The position numbers and the translations under genes were made by a program. A DNA stretch of 64,000 nucleotides from Sporopachydermia quercuum (Eukaryota): positions 1,674,001-1,738,000 of the forward strand of contig BCGN01000002.1 in the NCBI GenBank assembly GCA_001599295.1, in the 5' to 3' direction. The notes below the pieces were generated by a model. That model was not told the origin of the DNA. It saw only the letters and a program-made list of their open reading frames with translations, and made no database searches. This document shows positions 12,752 to 23,731 of this stretch, piece after piece (position 1 is the stretch's first letter; each line of letters begins with the position of its first letter).

Positions 12752-13545
12752 ATTTAGTGGAATTATTTGTTTATTGTATTTTTGCTTTGAAGAGAATATT
12801 CTATCTCATAAAGTATTGTGTTGTATCTCAAAGGTGTCACCGGACTATTTCAGGTTGTACTTCTTCTGTGTTTCCTCTACCGACAAAAGAAGAATGGTGT
12901 ATAGCTTTTGATTTACCAGTTTTGATTCAGTGTTATTATGCTACCCCTCTTCTAAATCAATTCAGTAGCAAAACCCATCAGCAATCAAATATTTTACNAA
13001 TATTGACTCTATTCAAAAGAATTCAGGTCTAAGTACTTAAGAACATTTTCGACAGCTTTCTCATTTCTCGTAGATAACCTTTTTTTATACTTTAAATTGT
13101 TTCCTTATTCAATCAAAAGTGAAAATAACCATAATCGTCTGTCCCAATACATACTATTGGCATGGCATACCTGTATTAAGTTTGGTATTATTTGTCTCAT
13201 AACACGTCCCCTTGTCAAGCAGTGTATCATGTGAAACGACATTCAACACAATTCACGTGACGTGAGTTGAAGGATCCATCGATCGATTCCAAAAGTTATA
13301 AATTTACGAATTGGGTTTAAGTATTTGCTGTTTCAATACAGAGAACGTTTACTAGTATCAAGAAATATATAGGACGCAAATAAGAAGAGGTTTGAGATTT
13401 CTTGATTGAAAGGATTATACAAAACGTAATTTATAGTTGTGATATCAGATTTTGCTGTGCAGTTTTGATTGAAATCTCATTGATAACATTTGCTTTCCTG
13501 TTCTTAGACGATAAGAAACTGTTAANATAGTAAAATCTAAAAGAA

Positions 13546-14212
13546 ATGGCCGATAGAGAAGATGATCTGATCCCCGAGGATACCACAGGGTATGTTGTGA
13601 ACAGTAAAAAGACCTTGGAAGAATATTCCAAGTTGGACGCAGATGATGAAGCATTATCTAGGTGGAAAGCCTCATTGGGTCTTACAGATCAAGGAAATCT
13701 ACTACCAGTAGCTCCTGGTGATAATAGGAAAGTTGTTATCCAAGAATTAGCTTTAGTCATCGAAGGACGAGATCCTATGATTTTCAATTTAGACTCACGT
13801 CAGCAGTTAGATGAACTTAAATCGAAACCAATTATCATTAAAGAGAGTGCGGTTTATAGAATTCGGATCAGGTTTCGGGTTCAACATGAGATTATTACTG
13901 GATTGAGATATTTACAAGCGGTGAAACGAAGTGGTATAAGAGTCGATAAACAAGAAGAACCATTAGGAAGCTATGCTCCAAACACTACGGAAAANCCTTA
14001 CTACGAGGCAACTTGTAAGCATATTTTGATGAAGAGTGATTATTGAATAAACTATGTATGGATACTAACATGTTATAGTGCCTGAAGAAGAAGCCCCATC
14101 TGGTCTATTAGTGAGAGGTACCTACAATGCAGTGTCAAAATTCATTGATGACGACAAAATAACACACTTACAGTTTCCTTGGACATTTGAAATTAGGAAA
14201 GCTTGGGCGTGA
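13546..14212 (+). CDS. RDI1: Rho GDP-dissociation inhibitor; exons 13546-14014 and 14079-14212
   Basis: LDADDEALSRWKASLG and GSYAPN motifs. Intron GTAAGC..TACTAAC..TAG adds EEAPSGLLVRGTYNAVSKFIDDD...W. Confidence 0.95.
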
Positions 14213-14430
14213 TAAAATCTTCCATAAAATAATACTAAGTAGACAAACTCCAATTAATCTTTTGAATGTTTAGTACATAACCGAAATGACATGTATTACT
14301 TTTGAGTGTTCAGGCTTGTACTTTGAGGCCCTGTGCTGTGTAATATCTTGAATTGTGATCTACAGATTAAACATACTAGTCTACTTTCCCTTATCAATTT
14401 CCATGCAACTTATCATTCATTCGAAAGTGA

Positions 14431-14988
14431 TCACCATTTTCGTTGCCTCCCCCAGCTACTCCTGGAACTGGAAAAATATGAATCCTCTTCCTTCTCTTGA
14501 GGTACTGATGTTGTATCTAAGGCCGCTCGGCTGTGTGTTGATCTCAATCTGTCTCTTATATTCACACTTTGTCCAGTACCATAGTTAGGTGTGCCTCCAC
14601 CGTTCTGAACAGACATAGCTGGGGCACTTTGATAATTCTGTCGCATTGCAAGCCGAGGGTTCTTTTGTACTGTGTCTAAATTATTTGAACTTTCATGTCG
14701 ATTATGCGTTTCGTAAATGCCTCGTAGTGCTGAAGATCCTCTACTCAATGCTCTATGGGCAGATGACGAAACTGGACCACCTGCAGAAGAGATACTATGT
14801 CTCCCTGACTTGTGAACAGTTTCCGTCGTAGTTACTCCTAACCACTGAGGTACCTGCCCTTCTTCGGTATAATATTTTAGTAATGCCTTGTGGATAACAG
14901 TTTCCTCTGGTGTATCACCGTCAGATTCTCCTCTTAATTGAGTTGGTATCGAAGCAACTGACGATTTTATTTTATGGAAAAACGACAT
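14431..14988 (-). CDS. MSO1: Sec1-binding exocytosis protein Mso1
   Basis: ESDGDTPEETVIHKALLKYY..VPQWL matches the Mso1 Sec1-binding motif. It lies downstream of LYS9 as in S. cerevisiae. Confidence 0.85.
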   Translation of the reverse strand: MSFFHKIKSSVASIPTQLRGESDGDTPEETVIHKALLKYYTEEGQVPQWLGVTTTETVHKSGRHSISSAGGPVSSSAHRALSRGSSALRGIYETHNRHESSNNLDTVQKNPRLAMRQNYQSAPAMSVQNGGGTPNYGTGQSVNIRDRLRSTHSRAALDTTSVPQEKEEDSYFSSSRSSWGRQRKW

Positions 14989-15333
14989 TATAGTAGTTCA
15001 TATATACTGAGTACCACCTTATCTGATGATGTTGATCTTAAATTTTATGGGAACTACTTCTAGTTGTTATGTCAATATCATCAATCTAATAGTTTGATTA
15101 AGTACCCAGCTATCTTGATAACAAAAAGATAATCAGAAACATGACACATGTGTGAGACANTACATGTGACTCAATCATTTTCCAAGAACACATGTAGCAT
15201 GACTGTGCATTCTATTGCAGCTAGTATATACTATGGAGTTGAATAATCTTTACGAACAGAATAAATAATAAAATCTACAAACAATTTAAGATATGATATA
15301 AATCTAATGAATATAAGGTTATAACCATAAAAT

Positions 15334-16881
15334 CTACAAAGTCTTTTCCTTCAAGAAAATACCGTATTTTTCCTTGAGTTCCTTGATCAAAGGATTGTTA
15401 ATCTCAGGGGAGATAGGAGCCAAAAGACCAGGAGTGGAGATGGTACCGTTNAAAACCTGTTCAGTAGCAACAGCGCAAGGAACACCGACCAACTTAGCCA
15501 TTGAAGAGTATCCACCAACTTCACCGTAATCCGCAAGAGTTGAAGTGCGGACTTCGGTAGTTCCGTCAGCCCATTCGATACCGAACTTGTGTTGCAACAT
15601 AACAAAATCTCTTTCACCCTCTTCGTACTGCATGAGTTCTTCTAAAGTAGCACACAATGTGTCCAAAGNATTCTTTCTTGGAGTAATTTGTTTATCGGAG
15701 AAAAGTCCTAACCATCTCAAACCGTTGATGATTCTAGCCTTGTCCTCTTCAGAAACGAAAACGGTCTTTGAAACAATAGCATCAATCAAATCCTTTTCTT
15801 CAGTAGATTCAATTCCTAAAAGTTTGGACAAAGCAACCTTCCATGGGATGGCAGTAGAAAAGAAGTCCTTCTCATCTTCCTTCAAGAATCCGATATCAAC
15901 TAAAACCTTGATGAATTCAGGGAATCCTTGATATCTTAAAGTACCTCTGATGACAGTATCAGCTTCAGGAATGTTGTAACGTTCCTTATAGTTTGTGGAA
16001 TCTCTGTTGGGATAAGCAACAAATGCGTAACCGGGGTAAATAAAATAGGGCTTTGCGGCTTTCATAAGATCTTCAGAAGCAATTTCTTCAATCTTGCCGT
16101 CCTTCCAGTATCTAGCAGAGTTTCTCAAAGCCAATAAAACACCTCTGGAAGACCAAGAAAACTTGTAACCCAATGGATTGTCTGAATCCTCGGGAGCAGG
16201 TAAACCACCACAGTATGAAAGGAAAGATTTAATCTTTCCGCCTGCTTTATGGACTTCATCAAAAGTCTTAACAGCATACAAATGATCGATACCAGGGTCA
16301 AGACCGATTTCATTCATAACAACAATGCCAGCTTTCTTGACATCTTCTTCCAACTCCTTCAAAGCGGGAGAAATGTAGGAAGTAGTGACAACGTTAACCT
16401 TGTGATTGATAGCAGCCTTAACAACCAAATGATGATAAATATAAGGAATCAATGAGATTACAACATCATGTTTAGCAACTTCAGCGTCAAGAGCAGCAGC
16501 ATCACCAACATCTAAAGAAATTGCATTGGCAGCTTCACCGGCTAATTCCTTAGCTTTCTCAACATGTCTACAAGCTATGGCNGACTTGTTAATAAGAATT
16601 CTTTGTCAAACAAAGCATTATACTCTACTTAATATCAAACATAGATGAACAATCAAAAACAATCAAACTTACCAACAGTGACATTGATATCAGGATTAGC
16701 AGATAGAATATCCACGGTAGGCTTGGCAACGAAACCAGATCCTAGGAGAAGAACAGATCTATCAGTAAAATATCATGTTAGAAACTACTAATTTAAATTA
16801 TTNCCCAATTCTTTCCAAGCATTCAATAACTCCTTTTTTCTGTGATTCTTTGACGAATATAAGCCTAACTTACTTAACCAT
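15334..16881 (-). CDS. LYS9: Saccharopine dehydrogenase (NADP+, glutamate-forming); exons 16881-16874, 16758-16673, 16574-15334
   Basis: Two GTAAGT introns restore MVKSVLLLGSGFVAKPTVDILS..VTVACR. Motifs NEIGLDPGIDH and SYCGGLPAPE present. Confidence 0.97.
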
Positions 16882-17957
16882 GATTACTAGTATATATAAG
16901 TAAGGATATAAAAATGTGATTCCCAATTTATATAATCCAATGTTTTAATTGTATCAAAATATTAACATATAACTACAATTCTTAGGAAAANCTATCAATA
17001 CTAACGGAAGAAGAAAGAAGAAATGAGCTTGAAAACCTGTACCTTTCAACAGTGCATGTTACATTCATTCACATAAAGCGCTAATAATGTTCCTATGTAT
17101 TTTTCACCTTTTATTAACTCCCGACAATTGCATGGGATGAAAATTTCATCAAATGAGCCAAATGAGGAACTTAATTCATCGCTACTTATTACGTAAAACA
17201 GAAATCCTTTCTTTCTTGAATTGAGTTTGTACCCGTTCAAAACACATGTAAAGNTCAAGTATGGTCTTTTTTTTGGGTAAAGGGTTAGAGCGTAAAGTTG
17301 GGAGAGAGCCTTTTTTATTTCGATATAGCAATTAAGTTACAGTATGCGATAAGAAGGCTAAGGAAGAAAAGAATATATAAAGAAGTCTTTATGAAGTTCT
17401 TCTTCATTATGATGNCCTTCCTCTTTGAAAAGAAACCTAACGATTAGTATATGTTGACCATATTTATCACTTATAACTATTTGAGAATGTAGGAAATAAG
17501 AAACTGAAATGTAGGTTTAGAATAAGCTAGCTTATGAAGCAGTTCAGTTCAACAGATCATCACTTGGTCAACTATGTCTTGACAACTTTTGAATCAATAG
17601 ACTGTTAGTAAGTTTATCGGTTGTATTTATGAATATTGGTGTGCTATTGTAATTTGTAGTGTGCTTGGAATTTTGTCTTATGATGTTGATGTCACTGACG
17701 ATTTCACAGCCTTGCGGNAAATAATTCCAAAAAATAGGGTCAGTAAGACAACAATTTCCATTTTGATGAGAGCTGTTTGAGAGTTTCAACTTTTATCGTC
17801 TTTTTGAAGGAATCCTACAGTTTTAATACTATATGATTCTATGAACAAGATTGTTTGATTATGAGTTTAGTACTGTAATGATGAGTGCACACAGTTAGCA
17901 AAGATACATAAAGAAAAAATTGACCTTACCTCTATATCTATACGACGTTGGCCCTTT

Positions 17958-20207
17958 CTAAATCTCAAGACCACTTAACCTTCTCAAACTTGATTCAGGA
18001 TCTTTGGTACAAATCCATGTCGAAGCATACATATTGATTCTGTCAATACATTCTCCAGGAATTCTTACAGCAGCTGGCTTACATATAAATCCCTCTTGTT
18101 CGAAAACATCGAGATACCATGGTCTGGGAGAAGCACTCCGCAGCATTACTCTTCCACCTGGTGCTAATGCCTTCCAATGATGTTGAACTTCTATCCTGGC
18201 ATCCNCTTTGGAAGGTTCGAACCAATCCATGTGATCCATAATAACACAACAGGTAATAGAACGAGGAGCCAACCTTTCTAAAACATCATTAATATAATCT
18301 GTATGAAGTCTAATACTATCAAGTGGTCCATTTTTTTGGCTTAACCTTTTGAAACCTGACTTGGTAAGGTAATCTGGACANTTAGATGGCGAGTAAAATC
18401 CTTTCAAACAGAGATAATAGAAATAGTTATCTTCAGAAACAAGACTTTTTTCAATGACGGGATCTAGAGTATCAACAACATAATCCAATAATGTTCCTTC
18501 AATCATAGTTGTTTGATTAATTGGAACACCAAGGGCTTTCCATAAGAAAACAGGATTTGCAATCATTATTTTGGTAACAACCGGATGGAATAATGCAACT
18601 CTTATTTCCTCTCTCCAGATTTTGACCTGCTCTTCAATTGTCTTACATTCACACAATCTTCTAACTGCATCCTCGACACCAGCAATTTTGAACACCCATC
18701 TGGCCAGTCTAATTGCCCATCTAGTGGAGCCAGTATCNTACAGACCATTTCCCTTTTCGCCGAATGTTTTCTTACCCTCTTTCATCCAGAATTGTAAAGC
18801 ATGTGATGATAAATGTGGTGATAATTTTTCAATCAAGGTTTCTGTAAAATCAGAGTAATGTCCTTCACCGAAAAGCTTCCAAAAGTCTCCATAATTAACT
18901 TTGCGGAGAGCTGCAAGTTTTAATTCAAGAAGATGGTTTTGATGTGGGTTTAAATCTACTCCATGGATTCTTCTGGGAGGATTCTTCATTGCGGCATACG
19001 CGAGAATATTATCGCCAGCAGATGTAATTGCTAACACAGTGTCGGTGGGCTTNAAGTTCAGAATCTCAATGTCAACTCTTGGATCCTCCCAGGTAAATGC
19101 ATATATGTACTGGTTAGCAAATTGATGATACTGTGGTAGTTGGTCATCGTAGAATACTCTCCAGACTTCTTGTTGATAGAAGAATGTGGGATAAGGATAA
19201 TTCCTGGTTTTGTTAACAATTGCTGCGTCAAAGCCTTTGGATCGGCAAGCAGTTGTAGGAACGGATGAAATATCAGTGGAACTAGCTTGAGGAGCCAAGT
19301 AAGGGGATTCAGTTGCAAGAGCATTTAAACGGTGGAGAATTTCAGGGTTATCATCTTTAATGCAACCAACCCAAATATAGTAAGGAATGTTTCCCAAAAT
19401 CTTGTTTCTCATGTTTAAACTCTTGATAGTTCCGAATTTGTATTCTAAATAATCTCTCCTTGAACTATCCANAAATACTCTATCGAACTCAAACCATAAT
19501 CTCCAGAAAGTTCGAGGCAACCAACCAACGTGTCTAGATAGCTCACCACCTAAGGTAGTAGTTCTACCATTTGTTGTTGAGCTGGATTGAACATAGAAAT
19601 CAATGACAGTGATGACACCATCAGTAGCTAAGATCTTACTCATTCTGTCGATGGTAGAGTAATATGTGGGAATCATAGATAACGAATATGAGAAAGTTAT
19701 CAGATCAGCTTTTTGTCCGTTAGGCAGCTCAAAATCATTACAGTTTTCGCATATGACGTGAACATTTTTCCAACCATGAGCTTCACATCTTTTTCTTGCA
19801 ACCTCACATAATGAGGGGGACAAATCTACTAAGTAAATGGACTTGAATGCTGAAATTGGGATTGCTTTAATCATTTCCTCAACATTAGTACCAGTACCAG
19901 CACCAATATCGACCCAGACTAAATCCTTGGTTTTCTTGAGATGTTTGACACCTAAAACCATTGCAATATCTCTTCCCTTCAAAAGAGTCTTTCTGGTGCT
20001 GTCATAAATATCAGCTTGACCTTTATAAAATGCTTCCAAAGCTTGCTGTTGATTAGAAGGATCTGAAATTGTCTTGCTGAATGGTTTCAAGAAGCAATTA
20101 TAACAGAAAAGAAAATAGTCTCTAAATCGGGGAGTTTTGAGATATGAGTATCCGAAAATCACTGAAAATAGAGAGACAATGCACGAAATCGAGAGTAGCG
20201 AATCCAT
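17958..20207 (-). CDS. BTA1: Betaine lipid (DGTS) synthase, fused BtaB-like methyltransferase and BtaA-like domain
   Basis: N-terminal hydrophobic anchor, WVDIGAGTG, FSYSLSMIP, YIYAFTWEDP, AITSAGDN, MDHMDWF and DRINMYAS motifs. Confidence 0.92.
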   Translation of the reverse strand: MDSLLSISCIVSLFSVIFGYSYLKTPRFRDYFLFCYNCFLKPFSKTISDPSNQQQALEAFYKGQADIYDSTRKTLLKGRDIAMVLGVKHLKKTKDLVWVDIGAGTGTNVEEMIKAIPISAFKSIYLVDLSPSLCEVARKRCEAHGWKNVHVICENCNDFELPNGQKADLITFSYSLSMIPTYYSTIDRMSKILATDGVITVIDFYVQSSSTTNGRTTTLGGELSRHVGWLPRTFWRLWFEFDRVFXDSSRRDYLEYKFGTIKSLNMRNKILGNIPYYIWVGCIKDDNPEILHRLNALATESPYLAPQASSTDISSVPTTACRSKGFDAAIVNKTRNYPYPTFFYQQEVWRVFYDDQLPQYHQFANQYIYAFTWEDPRVDIEILNXKPTDTVLAITSAGDNILAYAAMKNPPRRIHGVDLNPHQNHLLELKLAALRKVNYGDFWKLFGEGHYSDFTETLIEKLSPHLSSHALQFWMKEGKKTFGEKGNGLXDTGSTRWAIRLARWVFKIAGVEDAVRRLCECKTIEEQVKIWREEIRVALFHPVVTKIMIANPVFLWKALGVPINQTTMIEGTLLDYVVDTLDPVIEKSLVSEDNYFYYLCLKGFYSPSXCPDYLTKSGFKRLSQKNGPLDSIRLHTDYINDVLERLAPRSITCCVIMDHMDWFEPSKXDARIEVQHHWKALAPGGRVMLRSASPRPWYLDVFEQEGFICKPAAVRIPGECIDRINMYASTWICTKDPESSLRRLSGLEI

Positions 20208-22236
20208 TTTTGACAGATGGGTTTTTTCTAGACTTCAAAAATTTGCTTCGAGTGTTGAACTCTTGTCAAATAGGTTTATTCCCTTGAGGTGTTTAGTTTG
20301 AAAAGAATGTTTGAATGTTCATTCAAGTTATGCAATTTGATGGTTCAGCGTTCTAAGATCCTTTGAAAACATGAGACAAACCAGAGCTGCATATATATTT
20401 GAAAGCAAAATAAAAGATCTGGGATGTCAAGAGTCTTATATTTGAGTAGTTTTTGTCATTTCGATTCACGTTTTTTGTACCTCGATTCAAGAATCTGTTC
20501 TTAAACTTAATATTAAAGTTTATATTTTGAGTTGAAATGACAATCCCATTTCGTACCAGCTCTTTGATACTCTTTAACGGTAATGATAATGTAAACATCT
20601 GGAAAGCAAACAGATAATTAGAACTATGCTAAAGGAAATTGATCAATTGTTGATTATATAGTTTGAAGTGTTAATTTGATGTTTTCTGATAGCAAGATAT
20701 TCATTTATGATGATTAGTTTTACGTTAACTTCTAATGTAATTGGCAACTTTGTGGGGTTGATCTGATTGGCACATGCTTTAACATTATGTAGAGACGTCG
20801 TAAAGCTTAGCGTCCTAACCTTATATTGCATAGCAGTTGATGAGCAATGAGCCACGAGTTGAATTGAATGCCCAAGTTAGAGAATGAACAGTGGAAAGAT
20901 GGTGGTTATTGCAGAATTATTCAAGACTTACAAATATATAGAAATCAGTTTGTTTGTTGACGCTTGAAAAACCTTTCTTCCTAATTCGCTGGTCAACTTA
21001 ATATCACACCNGTAGGCTTTCCAGCTGTTGTTGAATGAACCGTTTCATCATCATTGCACTCTTACCAACAACTTGCGGAGTTTGTTTATCAGATTACCTC
21101 TACTTTTGGAGGTATCCCAGCACATGTCAAAATAGCTGCATAATATATATTGCTTCAGACCTAAAAGATATTGACCTGACGCGAAGAATGGCACGTTTGT
21201 CTTGTTTTAGCTGGGTCTGCGTAAGTTTGGCGTTTTACTCCTTATGTCACCTACTTGTATATATCTCATTACAAATAAACTAAAAAAGAAATAGAAACTA
21301 GATTATTTTCTTTTATAAAGTGCGTTGATATCTTTTCATTGCAGGTTAAATTCCAAAATTCTTAACCGAGTACCAGTACAGAGACGTAGTATGATTGCAA
21401 AAATTTGATGATGCCTGTCTATATCTGAAGAAGTGAGTCAAAAAAACTCTATTGAATTTGCTCTCTTTACTGTGATTTCTGCTATATAGCTGTAAATTTC
21501 ATATTTTTATTTTTTATTTTGTCAAGATACTTCCAGCTGCCCATAGAGCCTTTGATTCTCTAGCAATGATTTTTGATACTTTAGGTTGTTGACTTAGATT
21601 GTCAATTGAGTTTTTGATATAGTAAAATGCCCATCAAACTTAAATAATTGTTCCTATCACTTCAATAACTGCACGTGTAGAGAACGTGCTGAGAGGCCAA
21701 ATAACTGGACCCATCTATCATCAGACAATTATTGGATAAGGAGTCAAGCTAATGAAAATGATTTATCCTTAANAGCTTGAGAGAAAAACGAGATTTGCTT
21801 TTGTTCTTGGTGAACAATTAGAACTACCAACTATTTATGAGATTCAGTCCGATCTTTTGATGATACACATCGTCTTCATTGAACCTCAACCCTCACACTC
21901 CAATGGGTGTCAGAAATATCAAAAGGTTTACTATATGGCTATTATTCTACATAGAAAGTATCTAATATGTTAGGTATAAGCTTGAAGAATAATTTTTCTT
22001 CTTTTGATGAATATCCGATGTTTAAAGTCTGCTAAGGAAGAGNAAAATGAAAAGTATCCTACTAATAAGAACGACCAACGCAGTGAAAGTATTTTCATAC
22101 TAGTTGCCTTTCNATGACCTTAAAACTCGTAATTCTTTCTAATACTATTATAATCAAATACTTTCTAAATCTGTCGAAGATCAATGGAAATATCATACTT
22201 CATCAATTTCAATGATAATAAATGGTAAAAAATACA

Positions 22237-22308
22237 TTCCGATGCGGGGAGTCGAACCCCGGTTTGCCCGGTGAAAGCGGACCGTGCTAGCCGTTACACT
22301 ACATCGGA
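22237..22308 (-). tRNA. tRNA-Glu, anticodon TTC
   Basis: TCCGATG acceptor stem, anticodon arm GTCCG-CTTTCAC-CGGGC, GGTTCGACTCC T-loop and downstream T-run terminator. Confidence 0.96.
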
Positions 22309-22528
22309 TATGTGNATTGTGTTACTGTCTGATCATACATCATTCAGTAAAATAAAATGAATTTTAAGAAAAATTGAAGAATTGTATNAGAATTCTTACT
22401 CTTTTTCCTTCTTCTCCTTCNTNTTCTTATTAATTAGAAAGAGAAGAATGAGAGTAAATAATCAGCGAAGTAAATAGTATATATATATAAAAGGTACAAA
22501 TAGAAATATAGATAGATGTGAAATGCCA

Positions 22529-23068
22529 NNNNNNNNNNNNNNNNNNNNNNNNNNNNNNNNNNNNNNNNNNNNNNNNNNNNNNNNNNNNNNNNNNNNNNNN
22601 NNNNNNNNNNNNNNNNNNNNNNNNNNNNNNNNNNNNNNNNNNNNNNNNNNNNNNNNNNNNNNNNNNNNNNNNNNNNNNNNNNNNNNNNNNNNNNNNNNNN
22701 NNNNNNNNNNNNNNNNNNNNNNNNNNNNNNNNNNNNNNNNNNNNNNNNNNNNNNNNNNNNNNNNNNNNNNNNNNNNNNNNNNNNNNNNNNNNNNNNNNNN
22801 NNNNNNNNNNNNNNNNNNNNNNNNNNNNNNNNNNNNNNNNNNNNNNNNNNNNNNNNNNNNNNNNNNNNNNNNNNNNNNNNNNNNNNNNNNNNNNNNNNNN
22901 NNNNNNNNNNNNNNNNNNNNNNNNNNNNNNNNNNNNNNNNNNNNNNNNNNNNNNNNNNNNNNNNNNNNNNNNNNNNNNNNNNNNNNNNNNNNNNNNNNNN
23001 NNNNNNNNNNNNNNNNNNNNNNNNNNNNNNNNNNNNNNNNNNNNNNNNNNNNNNNNNNNNNNNNNNNN
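22529..23068. other. Assembly gap (540 N)
   Basis: Continuous run of N. Confidence 0.99.
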
Positions 23069-23731
23069 TTTTTACGTACCTCCGCTATATGATAAGAACG
23101 AAGAATAGTTTATACTTGAGACTTGGCGGATAGTTGATGTTTATGTATTTATATGTTTGTGGCTCGCTATTGTTCTGATTACTTACTAGCAGTTGATTTG
23201 CTCATGCCATTATTCACATGACTTCTTGTCATTGAAAAACTGGTAACAAGTATGGTTTCCTCTGCGAGGTCACTATTTCANCAGTCTTCTTAGAAGTCTG
23301 CTATTCTTCAAAAATGAATAGGGTGACCTACGACCTACGTACGTATCCTGGTAAGCAACACATTAAATCTTTATATCAATGAATATCCGTAAACATTATT
23401 ATTATATTATTATTAATGTGATTATTATTATCACTTTATAATNAATATTATACAGTATTGCAATCACGAGACTTTGATGATCAATCGTTCTGCTAAGGCT
23501 GAATTGAACTCAATGAAGACTGAAAGTGATGAAAACCATTTTTTATATAACACCGATCAACACGCAATCATCAAGAAATAAAAAAGAAAAGATAGAAAAG
23601 AAAACCATTAAAGCACAACCGTGAAGAAGGCTAGCGTGACGTGATGTAAACATTTATCTGATGCAAAGAGTGGAAGAAGTACATATCGTGAAAAACATTA
23701 AAAGATCGAAGATTAGGCAGAACAATTTTGA

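Noticed and set aside
22518..23108. 196-aa and 189-aa ORFs in the track
   Set aside because: Artefacts of translating the N gap.
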